Below are positions 18,766-29,052 of a DNA stretch of 44,255 nucleotides, one piece after another. Position numbers and translations under genes: made by a program. The DNA is taken from the IMG/VR virus record IMGVR_UViG_2874920711_000009, positions 1 to 44,255 of that record; one strand, written 5' to 3'. Source of the stretch: a virus (taxonomy: Duplodnaviria; Heunggongvirae; Uroviricota; Caudoviricetes). Positions within the stretch are counted from its first letter, which is position 1. Every line of letters starts with the position of its first letter. Under the pieces are notes generated by a model. The model saw nothing but the letters and a program-made list of their open reading frames with translations, was not told where the DNA came from and did not search any database.

Positions 18766-19042
18766 GGTTGTTGTCCTCGTTGTTCAGTCGTTGCAGCCTG
18801 CGCTGTTCCAGTAATTCAATGGCCCGTTTATCCGTGTTACAGGTTTCCAGTGCATCCAGAAGGCGGTCGCCCCATATACCGAGATTTCCCCATGTGGGAG
18901 TGTCAGGGAAGGGGGGAGGCGTTACCGGTATGGTCAGCGTCTGCGGTATAAGCCGGACTGACGGCGCTGGCCGTGGCGCGTTCTGCGTGCCTGCGCAACC
19001 TGTCAGTAAAACGAGCGTCAGGCAAAGCGTGGGCGCATTCAT
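18752..19042 (-). CDS. lysC: o-spanin lipoprotein (LysC/Rz1-like)
   Basis: MNAPTLCLTLVLLTGCAG lipobox, Pro-rich; embedded in and extending past the LysB region in another frame. Confidence 0.6.
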   Translation of the reverse strand: MNAPTLCLTLVLLTGCAGTQNAPRPAPSVRLIPQTLTIPVTPPPFPDTPTWGNLGIWGDRLLDALETCNTDKRAIELLEQRRLQRLNNEDNNHAEN

Positions 19043-19309
19043 CTTTTGCAATATCGTTGCGTAGCTGTTCACGTCTGGCCTCTCCGTCCTGATTTCGTTG
19101 TTGATTTTCCACGCGGAGTTGCGCCAGCACCTGCTGCATATCCTGTACCCGGTGCTGATGATATTCAGGGTGTCGACGGTGCTTTTCAGTGCGCTGGCCT
19201 GCGCTTCGTTTCTGGCGTTCTCCCGGCCCAGCGACCACGACAGACGCATGGATGTTCCCCATGCGGCAATCAGAAGGAAAGCGACGCCCAGCGTGGGCCA
19301 GAGCTTCAT
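18903..19309 (-). pseudogene. lysB: i-spanin (LysB/Rz-like), frame break as given
   Basis: N-terminal TM segment MKLWPTLGVAFLLIAAWG in one frame; coiled-coil remainder (QHRVQDMQQVLAQLRVENQQRNQ...) in ORF 18903..19262. Confidence 0.5.
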
Positions 19310-19698
19310 GCCGGATAGGCTCCGTGTGGTAACTGAAAATGCGGTCCGTCTTTCAGGGTCTTCCAGTCGCCGCCCCATTCCACCGGAATATTCAGTTCCC
19401 GGCTGGCCTGTCTGAATGCTGCTGCGATTTTTTCGTACAGCGGCCATTCCCATGACACCTGGCTACCGATATAAGCCACAACATCCACGGCATGCCCCGT
19501 AAGGTGGCGGCTGTTCATGGTCTGGCTCTTACCCGTGGCCACAAGTTGCTTCTGGCGGTAACGGCTGCGCAACCCTTCGGTGATACCAAAATCCACTTCC
19601 GAGATTTCCAGTGCCCGTCGGGTCACTTTCACCAGATCAGGATTTACGCCCTGCAAATTCTTTTCGCTCCGGCTGCTGAATTTAAATGTGTTGCTCAT
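19306..19698 (-). CDS. endolysin, peptidase M15-type (Zn-dependent peptidoglycan peptidase)
   Basis: HLTGHAVD ... WGGDW ... DGPHFQL motifs typical of M15 endolysins. Confidence 0.8.
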   Translation of the reverse strand: MSNTFKFSSRSEKNLQGVNPDLVKVTRRALEISEVDFGITEGLRSRYRQKQLVATGKSQTMNSRHLTGHAVDVVAYIGSQVSWEWPLYEKIAAAFRQASRELNIPVEWGGDWKTLKDGPHFQLPHGAYPA

Positions 19699-19711
19699 TC
19701 GTCCTTCTCCT

Positions 19712-20017
19712 TCACCCTGCGATTAAAGGCCGCAATAACCTTGTCGTGTGCTTTCTCTGCCCCATAAAACCGATTGATGCGCCGATAAACGTCACGGCAT
19801 CTTCAGGAAAACCGAAGAAGCGCAACGACCCGGCCACGGCCATGGCAAGAACGCCGCACGCCAGCGATCCCGTTACGGTCTGAACCAGTGTTCGTCCGTC
19901 ATAAAGACTCATCAGCGCGGAAATGCTGACCGCCGCGCCTACTGCATACACCGTTGGCAGGTGGTCAAAGAGCCATGCAATAACCTGCTCTGTGATCCCT
20001 GTTTGAATGGTGCTCAC
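19712..20017 (-). CDS. holin
   Basis: 101-aa ORF with two hydrophobic helices directly upstream of the endolysin. Confidence 0.55.
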   Translation of the reverse strand: MSTIQTGITEQVIAWLFDHLPTVYAVGAAVSISALMSLYDGRTLVQTVTGSLACGVLAMAVAGSLRFFGFPEDAVTFIGASIGFMGQRKHTTRLLRPLIAG

Positions 20018-20038
20018 TGCTACTCCCCCACAACTGAA

Positions 20039-20251
20039 TCATTTCTCGTTTCTTCTTCTCCGGCTCCGGCATCTCCACTTCCTGCCCGGCGTCCAGAAAT
20101 ACCTGCTGACAGAGTCCGGGTTGGCATCCAGCACCTTTTCGGTGACGCCCTGCGTCGTGCCGTAGTACCGGAAACAGAGCGAATCCACGGTGTCGCCTTC
20201 CAGTGCCTTAACTTTCATCAGCACAACTCCGCAAAGATTCGCGGGCGGCAC
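20039..20251 (-). CDS. X: tail protein gpX (LysM-like); C-terminus looks frame-shifted
   Basis: MKVKALEGDTVDSLCFRYYGTTQGVTEKVLDANP matches gpX; tail ...RKWRCRSRRRRNEK looks out of frame. Confidence 0.7.
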   Translation of the reverse strand: MPPANLCGVVLMKVKALEGDTVDSLCFRYYGTTQGVTEKVLDANPDSVSRYFWTPGRKWRCRSRRRRNEK

Positions 20252-20721
20252 AGAATGTCAGAGATGGCCCAGCTCACATCGCGCCACAAATCCGATGGCT
20301 GTATATCCAGTGCGTCCGCCCGGCGGTCGCCCTTGTCCGTTGTGTCCGCATCGCGGTAACGCTCCAGTATCAGGGCGCGTGTGGCGGTATAAACAGCATT
20401 GCGCCAGTGCCAGAGATTGACGCTTTCTCCGTTAATTACGGGTGCCGGAACATCGGCCAGCGTCTGATGGCCAGCCGCCTGCTGTTCCTGCTGCCACGCT
20501 TCCAGCTCGCGGGTAACGTGTGCCACGGCCCCGGTGGCGGTATGCAGCAGGCGGGAGGTGGTCACACGGCCCGGCAGTCGTATCGCCAGACGCAGCTCAC
20601 GCAGCACAATATCCGGCCAGAATGCGCCCGCTGAAATACGGGTATCACCATCATCGGTATCGGTGATGTCGTTCTCTGCGGGTCCGGGGTTGGTTCTGGC
20701 AACCATACTCATGGGGTTCAC
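20218..20721 (-). CDS. L: head completion protein gpL
   Basis: 167-aa ORF between M and X in P2 order. Confidence 0.8.
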   Translation of the reverse strand: MNPMSMVARTNPGPAENDITDTDDGDTRISAGAFWPDIVLRELRLAIRLPGRVTTSRLLHTATGAVAHVTRELEAWQQEQQAAGHQTLADVPAPVINGESVNLWHWRNAVYTATRALILERYRDADTTDKGDRRADALDIQPSDLWRDVSWAISDILCRPRIFAELC

Positions 20722-20813
20722 TCCTGAAAAAATCGGGCGGTGGGTGCGCGGTGTAAACGGTCACGGAGTCAAACCGGAACACCGCGCACGCCGCCCGCTG
20801 ACGGGGTCAGTCG

Positions 20814-21614
20814 TTAACCGCGCTTCGCCTTCTGCGTCGCGGTGGTTTTTCGTGTTGCAGGCTTCCGCGTTGTCTTTTTACTTTTGCTGCTTTCGTCCTG
20901 CGTCTGCGGTGTGCTGGCATCTTCTGGTGCGGCTGCAGAATCAGCTTTTTTCAGGGCGCGGGAAAGGGTTGCAATCTCGCGTTTCACACCTGCGTTCGGG
21001 TTCAGGTGCATTGCTTCGCGCAGCAGCTTCAGTGACAGGGCCATGCTGTCCGCATCGCTCAGGCCACGGCGGGCAAAGGCGCACGCCTTGCATAATTTGG
21101 CGCGCACTTCGTCCGGCATGTCCTGGTCGGTGACAATCTCCCGGAGGGTATCCAGTGGTTCGATAAAGGCGGACAAATCCGCGTCGGCATCCGTCCCGGC
21201 CTGCGTCAGTACCGGGTTGCAGATTTCTTCGGTCAGCACTGTGGCAGCAGTACGGCCAAAGTTATCCGGCATGATGAGGTTGTGACGGACCACATACGCG
21301 CCAATACGCAGCGCAAGCGGAAGATCGCCGCAGTCAATCGCCCACACCATCAGCATGGCAATCACTTCGTCCTGCTGCCCACCGTCAGCCTCCAGCGTTC
21401 CCTCAATCCAGCCGGAAAAGTCCGGCAACAACTCTTTTTTGATGGCGGCTTTCGCGCTTCTGGCCTGTACGCCCTTAAGCCGGGCCTGTGCCAGACGCAG
21501 ACGATACAGCACCTCTTCATGCGCGGTACGCGCGGCATGGTCCACGCCTTCATTCGCCCGGCCTGCGCGCTGTGCCATCACGTTCTGCCAGTGTTGCTGT
21601 GCAGGAGTAATCAT
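20814..21614 (-). CDS. M: terminase small/endonuclease subunit gpM
   Basis: 266-aa ORF with basic C-terminal tail, between N and L. Confidence 0.8.
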   Translation of the reverse strand: MITPAQQHWQNVMAQRAGRANEGVDHAARTAHEEVLYRLRLAQARLKGVQARSAKAAIKKELLPDFSGWIEGTLEADGGQQDEVIAMLMVWAIDCGDLPLALRIGAYVVRHNLIMPDNFGRTAATVLTEEICNPVLTQAGTDADADLSAFIEPLDTLREIVTDQDMPDEVRAKLCKACAFARRGLSDADSMALSLKLLREAMHLNPNAGVKREIATLSRALKKADSAAAPEDASTPQTQDESSKSKKTTRKPATRKTTATQKAKRG

Positions 21615-21659
21615 TTTTTCTCTCCGTTACAGGCGGGCATGATGCCCGCCGTGAGTTGA

Positions 21660-22711
21660 TTAGCTGTCGGCGAACTTCAGGCCAGTGACCATCGCGTACT
21701 TGCCATAGTCTTCAACGACATAAGCGTCATTGATGGACTGGTAGGTGGCGATGCGGTTGTATTCCGGTTCGTCTTTCATCAGACGACGCATTGAACCTTT
21801 CTGCCAGTAAATCGACAGGTTGTTGAACGAGGTGATCAGCATCGTTGAATCCGGGAAGAACGGCGCAAGGAACACGCCCAGCCCGCCAATGGTGCGCGAT
21901 GACAGAATGAGCTGCCCGGCGAGTAATTCCGCATTAGGATTCTGGCCGCTGATGCTGTTCAGCACGGACAGACGCAGCGAGTTAAACAGGTTGCGCCCCA
22001 TAATCACCACGAGGTCGTCAGCTTCCTTGTGCCATTCATCCAGCAGGGATGAGCGCGCGTCCTGTACCAGAGCATCAGCGTTCGCATACTTACCGCGTGC
22101 GCCACGGTGTTGTCCATGTTACGGGAGGTCAGCGTCACGTCATTCATAACGCGTTCGCTGGCGTCGGTTCTGATGTGCTCCAGCCACCCCACGTTAACGT
22201 CCTGAAGCAACTTGTTGGTGCTGAAGTTGGACTCATCCGCGTGAGACGTGCCGTTGAAACCGATCATGATGCGGTCAAGTGCCACCTGTCGGGCAATCTG
22301 TGCGCTGATGCGGGACTGAAAATCAGGGTGTGCCGCCCAGGCATCAAGCTGCGGATATGAAATAAACGTGTCGTAGTTCACCTGTTCGCACTGGTATTTG
22401 CGGTTTTTCAGATCAACCACGTTATTCGGGTTACGGCGTTTTGTGCCGTCATAACTGGTATTCGTGCGCGCAATCGGCCCGGTGGTATCCAGGAGGATTT
22501 TTTCGCCTTTCTGGTCGGTCACGCCGATCACGTTAATTCTTTTTGTAAATTCGGTGCTTTCCTTTGAGGCGTTTTCAAAACGCTGCTGTACCGAGGGTTC
22601 CACGGTAAATCGCGATACCAGTGCGGAAACCGGGATATTGTTAAGCGACGCCTGCTGCGCCATATAGCAACCCAGCTTGTTGCGGGTAATATCTGACATC
22701 ACCAGATTCAT
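21660..22711 (-). pseudogene. N: major capsid protein gpN, frame break near 22005
   Basis: N-terminal 235-aa fragment 22004..22711 and C-terminal 116-aa fragment 21660..22010 both resemble P2 gpN (e.g. LQDVNVGWL, YVVEDY). Confidence 0.85.
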
Positions 22712-22734
22712 AAAAAATTTGCTCCTTTGTCTTA

Positions 22735-23569
22735 TCAGAAGTCAGCCAGCTGGTCGGAGGCAGCGCCCGTTGCGGTGAACCGGTTCTGCGGATCGCCGTC
22801 CTGCGTGCGCAGTTTTTCCTTCAGTGCTGCCAGCTCTGTGGTCAGTAAAGTGATTTTCTGGCTGTCCTGTTGATGGCGGGTTTCCAGCACATTAAAACGG
22901 TCGATAATGTCGGCCTGTGACGTTGCGACACCTTCCACCGCTTCCTGAATACGGGAGAAACTGGCGTCATCCGCTTTGCGTCCACGGCCAATAATCCCAT
23001 AACGCGGTTAAACCACTGGGTGCCTTCTTCCTGACGTTGTTCGGTGAGTTCGATAAGTTCTGACTCCATAGCGGCGGTAAACATCGCTACGTCTCCCTGC
23101 TGACAGTTGAATGTCATCAGTTGCATACGTTGTTGTGCCGCAAAGGCCAGACGTTCCGTGCCCAGGCTGGCAGGGGTGTCGGTCATTGCCAGCCCGCGCA
23201 GGTAAGGGCCTCCCGTGATGGTTGACTGTGGTTCCAGCTCAATACTGGAGTAAATTTTTTTACCATCGTTAAGCAGGGACATCATGCGAGCGGTCGGCTC
23301 AATTTCGGCATACAGTGCCGTGCGACCTGCCAGCGGGCCATCGGTTATGTCTTCGGTGCTCAACCCCACAACATCGCCCATAGCGGAAAACTCGCTGCCG
23401 GGAGTGGTGACAGGATGTGCTCAATATTCACACGTGCACCATAAACGGACGGGTTATAACTGGTGGCGGCAGCTTTCAGCATGTCGCCGTTGATTTCGCG
23501 CCCGTCTGCCGTTACACCGGAGACAGCCACGCGAAACTTTTTGCGGGATGTCTTTTTTTCATTAGCCAT
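22735..23569 (-). pseudogene. O: capsid scaffolding protein gpO, two frame breaks
   Basis: Three consecutive fragments 23360..23569, 22842..23381, 22735..22938 in different frames. Confidence 0.8.
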
Positions 23570-23720
23570 AGTTTTTGCCCTCTGACTGGTTCTTCAGTCA
23601 TGATGGCAAAGCGTAACAGGCTGATACAAAGGGCTTTTGTTGTAAGAAAACGGCCAGAACAGGGGTTAAGGAGAACAGTTTCGCGCGCGGGTAATCTTCC
23701 TGTAATTACTCAGGGGAGCA

Positions 23721-25471
23721 ATGATTCAGGACGCTTTTGTGCGCCAGCGTGCGCGGCAACTTTACTGGCAGGGTTATCCGCCCGCAGAGATATCACGTCT
23801 GATGGGAATAAACCCGAACACGATTTATGCGTGGAAAAAACGCGACCAGTGGGATGAAACACCACCCGTGCAGCGTGTTACGCAGTCCATCGATGCGCGC
23901 CTCATCCAGCTTACTGAAAAACAGAATAAAACAGGCGGTGACTTTAAGGAAATAGACCTGCTGACCCGGCAGCTTAAAAAGCTGCATGATGGCCAGCCGG
24001 ATGTGATGGCCGCAGGAAAGAAAGGCCGGGCGAAAAAACTCAAAAATCATTTCACGCCGGAACAGATTGCCGCACTGCGGGAAAAAATCATCAGCAGGCT
24101 GGAGTGGCATCAGCGGGCTGGTTTGACTCCCTGACACTTTGCAGGGAAGCCGGGATACGTAACAGGATGATCCTGAAATCCCGACAGATTGGGGCGACCT
24201 GGTATTTTGCACAGGAAGCTCTGCTGACGGCGCTGCGTGACAATGTGGCGCAACCTTACCAGCGTAACCAGATTTTTTTGTCTGCGTCGCGTCGTCAGGC
24301 GTTCCAGTTTAAAAGCATTATTCAGAAGGCCGCGGCTGAAGTTGATGTGGAGCTGAAAGGGGGCGATAAAATCATCCTCTCCAACGGCGCAGAGCTGCAT
24401 TTTCTCGGCACTTCTGCTGCGTCGGCACAGTCCTATACGGGCAATTTTTATTTTGATGAATTTTTCTGGGTCAGTCGCTTTGCTGAACTGCGCAAGGTGG
24501 CTGGCGCTATGGCAACCCTCAGCGGACTGCGGCGCACCTACTTCTCCACGCCATCCACCGAAACGCACGAGGCATACGCCTACTGGAACGACGACCGCTG
24601 GAACGAGAAAAAGGCCTCGCATAAACGCCAGCGTTTTTCTGTGGACTGGAAAACGCTGCATAACGGGCTTATCTGCCCTGACCGGACGTGGCGGCAAATT
24701 GTCACGCTGGAAGATGTGGTTAATCACGGCTGGAAACACACCGATATTGACGAAATCCGTGATGAAAACACCGAAGACGAGTTCCTCAATCTCTATATGT
24801 GTGAGTTTGTTCGCGAAGGGGAATCGGCATTTAACCTGAATATCCTGATTGGCTGCAGTGTTGACGGATACGACGACTGGAAAGACTGGAAACCTTTTGC
24901 TCCCCGCCCGATGGGGAATCGTCCGGTATGGATTGGGTATGACGCAAACGGCAGCAGTGGCAACGGCGACAGCGGCGCTGTGTCCGTGGTGGTTCCTCCG
25001 GCTGTTCCTGGTGGCCGTTTTCGAACGGTGGAGACGCGACGCGTTCAGGGGCTGGAGTTTGAAGAACAGGCCAGAGTCATTGAAGAGTTCACGTATCGCT
25101 ACAACGTGGAACACATCGGCATTGATGTGACGGGCGGGAACGGGGAGGCTGTTTATCAGATAGTGAAACGGTTTTTCCCTGCTGCTATTCCGTACACCTT
25201 CACGCTGTCATCAAAACGGTCGCTGGTACTGAAAATGCTGCAAATAATGCGTGCCGGGCGGTGGGAATACGATCGCGCCGAACGCGAGCTGGTCGCGGCC
25301 TTTAACGCCGTGCGTAAGGTGAAAACACCGGGCGGCTTTATCACTTACGAAACGGACCGCGCGAGGGGGATCAGCCACGGCGACCTTGCGTGGGCAACCA
25401 TGCTTGCTGTCATTAACGAACCGATTGGCGGCGAAGGAGAAAACGAGCGTTTCACGGTTATGGAGTTCTGA
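23721..25471 (+). pseudogene. P: terminase large (ATPase) subunit gpP, frame break near 24110
   Basis: Fragments 23721..24134 and 24104..25471; divergent from O across a 150-bp promoter region. Confidence 0.85.
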
Positions 25472-26513
25472 TGAGCAGAAAAAATAAAAAAGTGCGCATG
25501 AGTTCACGCATTGATCTCGCTGATGCGCTCAGGAAAGAATCATCGCTCAGTGCATTCACATTTGATGGTCCTTATCGCCTGACCGGGCATGACCTGCTGG
25601 ACAATATGTACTGTGCTGATAACGGACGGTGGTATGAAACCCCGGTGGACTGGTACGGTCTGGCAAGAGCAGCCCGGCAAACGTCCTGGCATCAGTCTGC
25701 GCTTTACTTTAAGCGCAATGTATTACTCGGTTGCTACATCCCGCACCCGCTGCTTTCCCGGCAGGATTTCTCGGCGCTGGCGCTGGACTGGTTTGTGTTC
25801 GGTAACGCATTCCTTGAGCTTAGAAGCAATATGCTCGGCGAACCGCTTAAATTACGGCACGCACTGGCGAAATACATGCGACGCGGAAGCGATCTTGAAT
25901 CATGGTGGTATGTGCAGGATGGCAAGGACGCGTTCCAGTTTCGCCCTGGCAAAGTGTGCCACCTGATGAATCCGGATATTAACCAGGAAATCTACGGCAT
26001 GCCGGAATATCTTGGCGCATTACTCTCGGCCAGCCTTTCTCATTCGGCGGACATGTTCAGAAAACTGTACTACGACAACGGATCCCACGCCGGGTGCATC
26101 ATCTACATCGGTGCAGCGCAGGTAAACCGCGAAAGCATGGACTCCCTGAAAGAAACGTTACAGGGCGCGCGTGGTGGTGCGTTTAAAAACGTGCTCATCC
26201 ATGCGCCCAACGGGGCAAAGAAGGTGTGCAAATTTTGCCGTTCCAGCAGATCACTGCAAAGGATGAGTTCATGAATGTTAAGGCGGCATCCCGTGATGAT
26301 GTGCTGGCTGCGCACCGCGTTCCGCCGCAACTGATGGGGGCGATGCCGGGCGAAAAAAGTGCGTTTGGTGATGTGGAGAAGGCCGCGCGGGTTTACGCAA
26401 TTAACGAGCTGATGCCCGTCATGGAGGCCATGAAGCACATCAATGACTGGCTTGGCGAAGAGGTGATCCGCTTTAACCCTTACGCACTGCTAGATACCCA
26501 GCCCACATCCTGA
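25471..26513 (+). pseudogene. Q: portal protein gpQ, frame break near 26230..26270
   Basis: Fragments 25471..26274 and 26226..26513; start overlaps the P stop. Confidence 0.85.
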
Positions 26514-26934
26514 CGCGCTTCGCTTGTCTGCTGCTTCGCCGGGCATAAAAAATTTATGCCCCGACTCTCCAGCTCCTGTATCAATCAGATAATTTCACGA
26601 CGCTTTTCTGCTTATTGTCATCATCGGCGGTCAGACTCTTACGCAATCCCACCGCGTTGACTGCATGTTCTCGCCGCCTCAGTGCGATTTTGACGGCCTT
26701 ATCTGCCACCCATCAAATCAAAAGCCCTCACGTCTTTTTCACGCTCAGCGTAAGAAATATAGCCATTCTGTTGTGTCTCTGCGACATCGTTCAGGGAATG
26801 CTATTTACCCCTGAAACGCGGGCTGTTCCCCCGTCACCTGCGCGCAGAAAAAGCGCGTTTTTTTGTGCACGCACGGATCCTTGACGGATCCAGCCGCCAC
26901 GCGGGCTGGAAGGGTAAAAAGTCGTTCAAAAAAA

Positions 26935-26961
26935 TTGTGCAAATTTGTGCACTATTGTGCA
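26935..26961. promoter_or_regulatory. three TTGTGCA direct repeats at exact 10-bp spacing (a fourth at 26863)
   Basis: ATTGTGCAAAT / TTTGTGCACT / ATTGTGCATTA; candidate protein-binding iterons next to the cos-proximal end. Confidence 0.3.
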
Positions 26962-26968
26962 TTAAAAT

Positions 26969-26991
26969 AAACGCCCTGGAAGAGGGCGTTT
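26969..26991 (-). terminator. hairpin terminator for the minus-strand cargo operon
   Basis: AAACGCCCT-GGAAG-AGGGCGTTT, followed on the minus strand by ATTTTAAT. Confidence 0.45.
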
Positions 26992-27001
26992 GGGCTCATT
27001 T

Positions 27002-27262
27002 CTATAGCTTTGATGCAGGCTGGGCTAGATGCAAGGGTTGGACATACCAGCCTTTTGATAACCAACTCTCTGCAACCTCTTTACTCCTTGTTATTGCTGG
27101 TATTCCGATGCCGTTATTTACATGCATCCATGCTACTGGCTCTGCTTCCAGTGATACCAGTGCAATTTCATAAGCACGGCGCTCAATATTGTCTCGAACG
27201 TCCAGGCTGCCTATGCGCTCTTTGATTTCTTTAATCAGTTCTTTGTCGGTGAAAGTTGTCAT
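27002..27262 (-). CDS. hypothetical protein (86 aa)
   Basis: ORF track; last gene of tightly packed minus-strand operon. Confidence 0.5.
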   Translation of the reverse strand: MTTFTDKELIKEIKERIGSLDVRDNIERRAYEIALVSLEAEPVAWMHVNNGIGIPAITRSKEVAESWLSKGWYVQPLHLAQPASKL

Positions 27263-27272
27263 GTGTTAGTCC

Positions 27273-27536
27273 TTATCCTGCTGTGCTTTCAACTGATGAG
27301 GGGAACAAAATCTTTTCATCAAACCCTGCATTCATATCATGAACAGCAACACACCAATCCATTGACGAACGATTATCAAGAGCCTCCATGATTTCATCCA
27401 TGTGGCGCAGGTCATACAGGTAAATGCTTTTATCGCCAATGGTGTAAAAACCAATTTTTTTCGGTGATGGGCAGCGATCAAGAACGTCCTGTAATTCATT
27501 CAACCATGCCCGTTCTTTTTTTGTTAAAGTTGCCAT
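27273..27536 (-). CDS. hypothetical protein (87 aa)
   Basis: ORF track; AAGGAG RBS; start 1 nt after preceding stop. Confidence 0.5.
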   Translation of the reverse strand: MATLTKKERAWLNELQDVLDRCPSPKKIGFYTIGDKSIYLYDLRHMDEIMEALDNRSSMDWCVAVHDMNAGFDEKILFPSSVESTAG

Positions 27537-27537
27537 A

Positions 27538-27954
27538 TCACTCTCCTTTGATGCGAATGCCAGTGGTACTCATTCTCCTGATTTCCCAGAGCACACGAGG
27601 AACACCACCGTTTCCGACCGGATCGCGTTTACTCCGCAGGGCGACGCTTGATTCCGCCCAGCTTTTTCTTGGAGGAAGCTCTTTCACACGAACAAAACCA
27701 GCTGCGCGAAGAGATGCTCCTGATTCATCTGCCCGGGTGTACGTAATACAACGTTGATAACCCATAGCTTTTGCTGCCCGCCAGACAGCACCATAAAGCG
27801 CGCTGTTAGCGTTGCGTTCTCCTGTGGTACATGTGCGATTTACTTCAAGCGTTAATCCATCGTCCAAATGTCGTGCAACAGGTCGACCGGCTGTCGCCAC
27901 ACCTATCAATTCTCCGGCATCATTTCTCAGACCAATGCTGAATTTATGCCCCAC
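27538..27954 (-). CDS. hypothetical protein, possible acetyltransferase-like fold; 5' end uncertain
   Basis: GTG start without RBS; a short upstream ORF with AAGGAG RBS (from about 28024) in another frame suggests a frame break at a CCCCGG run. Confidence 0.45.
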   Translation of the reverse strand: MGHKFSIGLRNDAGELIGVATAGRPVARHLDDGLTLEVNRTCTTGERNANSALYGAVWRAAKAMGYQRCITYTRADESGASLRAAGFVRVKELPPRKSWAESSVALRSKRDPVGNGGVPRVLWEIRRMSTTGIRIKGE

Positions 27955-28030
27955 CGGGGTTTATTGTGTCGGTGATGTCTGGATATAAATGCCTTCGCAA
28001 CACGAAGAGTAACCGGTGAAATCTGCACTC

Positions 28031-28345
28031 TCACTCTCCTTTGATACCAATGTTTACAGTCTGGCAAGCTTCTCTGAGCACCCAGTCAACAGCGTCTTTC
28101 CATGCTCCGGTTTCAGTTGGCGGATTCTCACGCTTTACCAGTTCATAGAAACGTACTGCTCTAACCAGTCCATCTGACGGTTTTGCCTGTAGTGCAGCCT
28201 GAGCTATACGGTATGCCTGGAGCATACGGGCGTCGTTGATATCCATTCCGAACGGAATTTCTGATGATCGTGATTCTGCATCTTCAAGCCTGGCAATTTC
28301 TTTACGTAAAAAGTATTTCAACTCTTGTTTTTGTTTTCTGTTCAT
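28031..28345 (-). CDS. hypothetical protein (104 aa)
   Basis: ORF track; start overlaps stop of upstream gene. Confidence 0.5.
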   Translation of the reverse strand: MNRKQKQELKYFLRKEIARLEDAESRSSEIPFGMDINDARMLQAYRIAQAALQAKPSDGLVRAVRFYELVKRENPPTETGAWKDAVDWVLREACQTVNIGIKGE

Positions 28346-28710
28346 GTGTTTTTTCCCTTTTTGTCTGCCACTTCTCTCCTGATAATTTCATTGCACAAAT
28401 CCACGCACTCATTGCAGATGTAAACAGACGGTCCAGCAATCACCTTTGTGACTTCGTACTGGGATTTATTGCAGAAGCTGCAATAAATCGTTTCCTCGCC
28501 TGAAGCCCATGTTTTGCTGGTTTTGCCAGACATCAGTTGTTTGAGGTCTTTTTCACGACGAAGAACTATCTGGCCACATTCAGCTATTTTTTGGATGTTG
28601 ACATTTTCTTCTTTCGCCAGCGCTTCCATCCGCTCAATCAGTCGCTGCGCTTTTTCTCTGTCAATGTGTTGCATTGTGTCCCCTTGTTTATGTTCCCGGG
28701 TTAAAGTCAT
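28342..28710 (-). CDS. small protein with C-terminal ClpX-type C4 zinc-binding domain
   Basis: [41 protein letters not shown] closely matches the ClpX N-terminal zinc-binding motif (CSFCGK...ICDEC). Confidence 0.6.
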   Translation of the reverse strand: MTLTREHKQGDTMQHIDREKAQRLIERMEALAKEENVNIQKIAECGQIVLRREKDLKQLMSGKTSKTWASGEETIYCSFCNKSQYEVTKVIAGPSVYICNECVDLCNEIIRREVADKKGKNT

Positions 28711-28736
28711 CAGGGCGGATGCGCCCTGATGTTGTG

Positions 28737-29048
28737 TTATTCGGGAAATAACGCCCGGATATTTCCGGCCATCTGACTGGTTATCTGTGCGGTTGATACT
28801 GGCTGTGATGCGGGGCGTTCTGTCCTGGTTTGTGTCACTGATAACGCCTCATCATCAGCCCATGCAGCCAGTCGGTAAGCCTCTGCCGGATTCATTTTCA
28901 GAAGTGCCAGCCCGGCCAGAAAAGCCACGCGTTGGCCGCTTTTGCGGGCTTCTGGTGTAAGGCTGTCCAGCCAGGCGCATGCTTCGCCTTCGTTCTTGAC
29001 GGCGGCGGGCTTCAGATAGAAACTTATTCGTCTGGTTGGTGTCGTCAT
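28737..29048 (-). CDS. ParR-like partition adaptor
   Basis: Directly downstream of parM homologue; [14 protein letters not shown]...[13 protein letters not shown] resembles ParR; AGGAG RBS before ATG 29048. Confidence 0.5.
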   Translation of the reverse strand: MTTPTRRISFYLKPAAVKNEGEACAWLDSLTPEARKSGQRVAFLAGLALLKMNPAEAYRLAAWADDEALSVTQTRTERPASQPVSTAQITSQMAGNIRALFPE

Positions 29049-29052
29049 TGAT

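Noticed and set aside
18752-19453. 233-aa ORF read as a single lysis protein
   Set aside because: Composite of endolysin-overlap read-through, the LysB N-terminus and the embedded LysC frame; split into lysB and lysC
26514-26960. Exact cos site
   Set aside because: The P2/186-type 19-nt cohesive end could not be matched confidently by eye; only the palindrome GGGCATAAA-AAA-TTTATGCCC (26541..26561) and the iterons are noted
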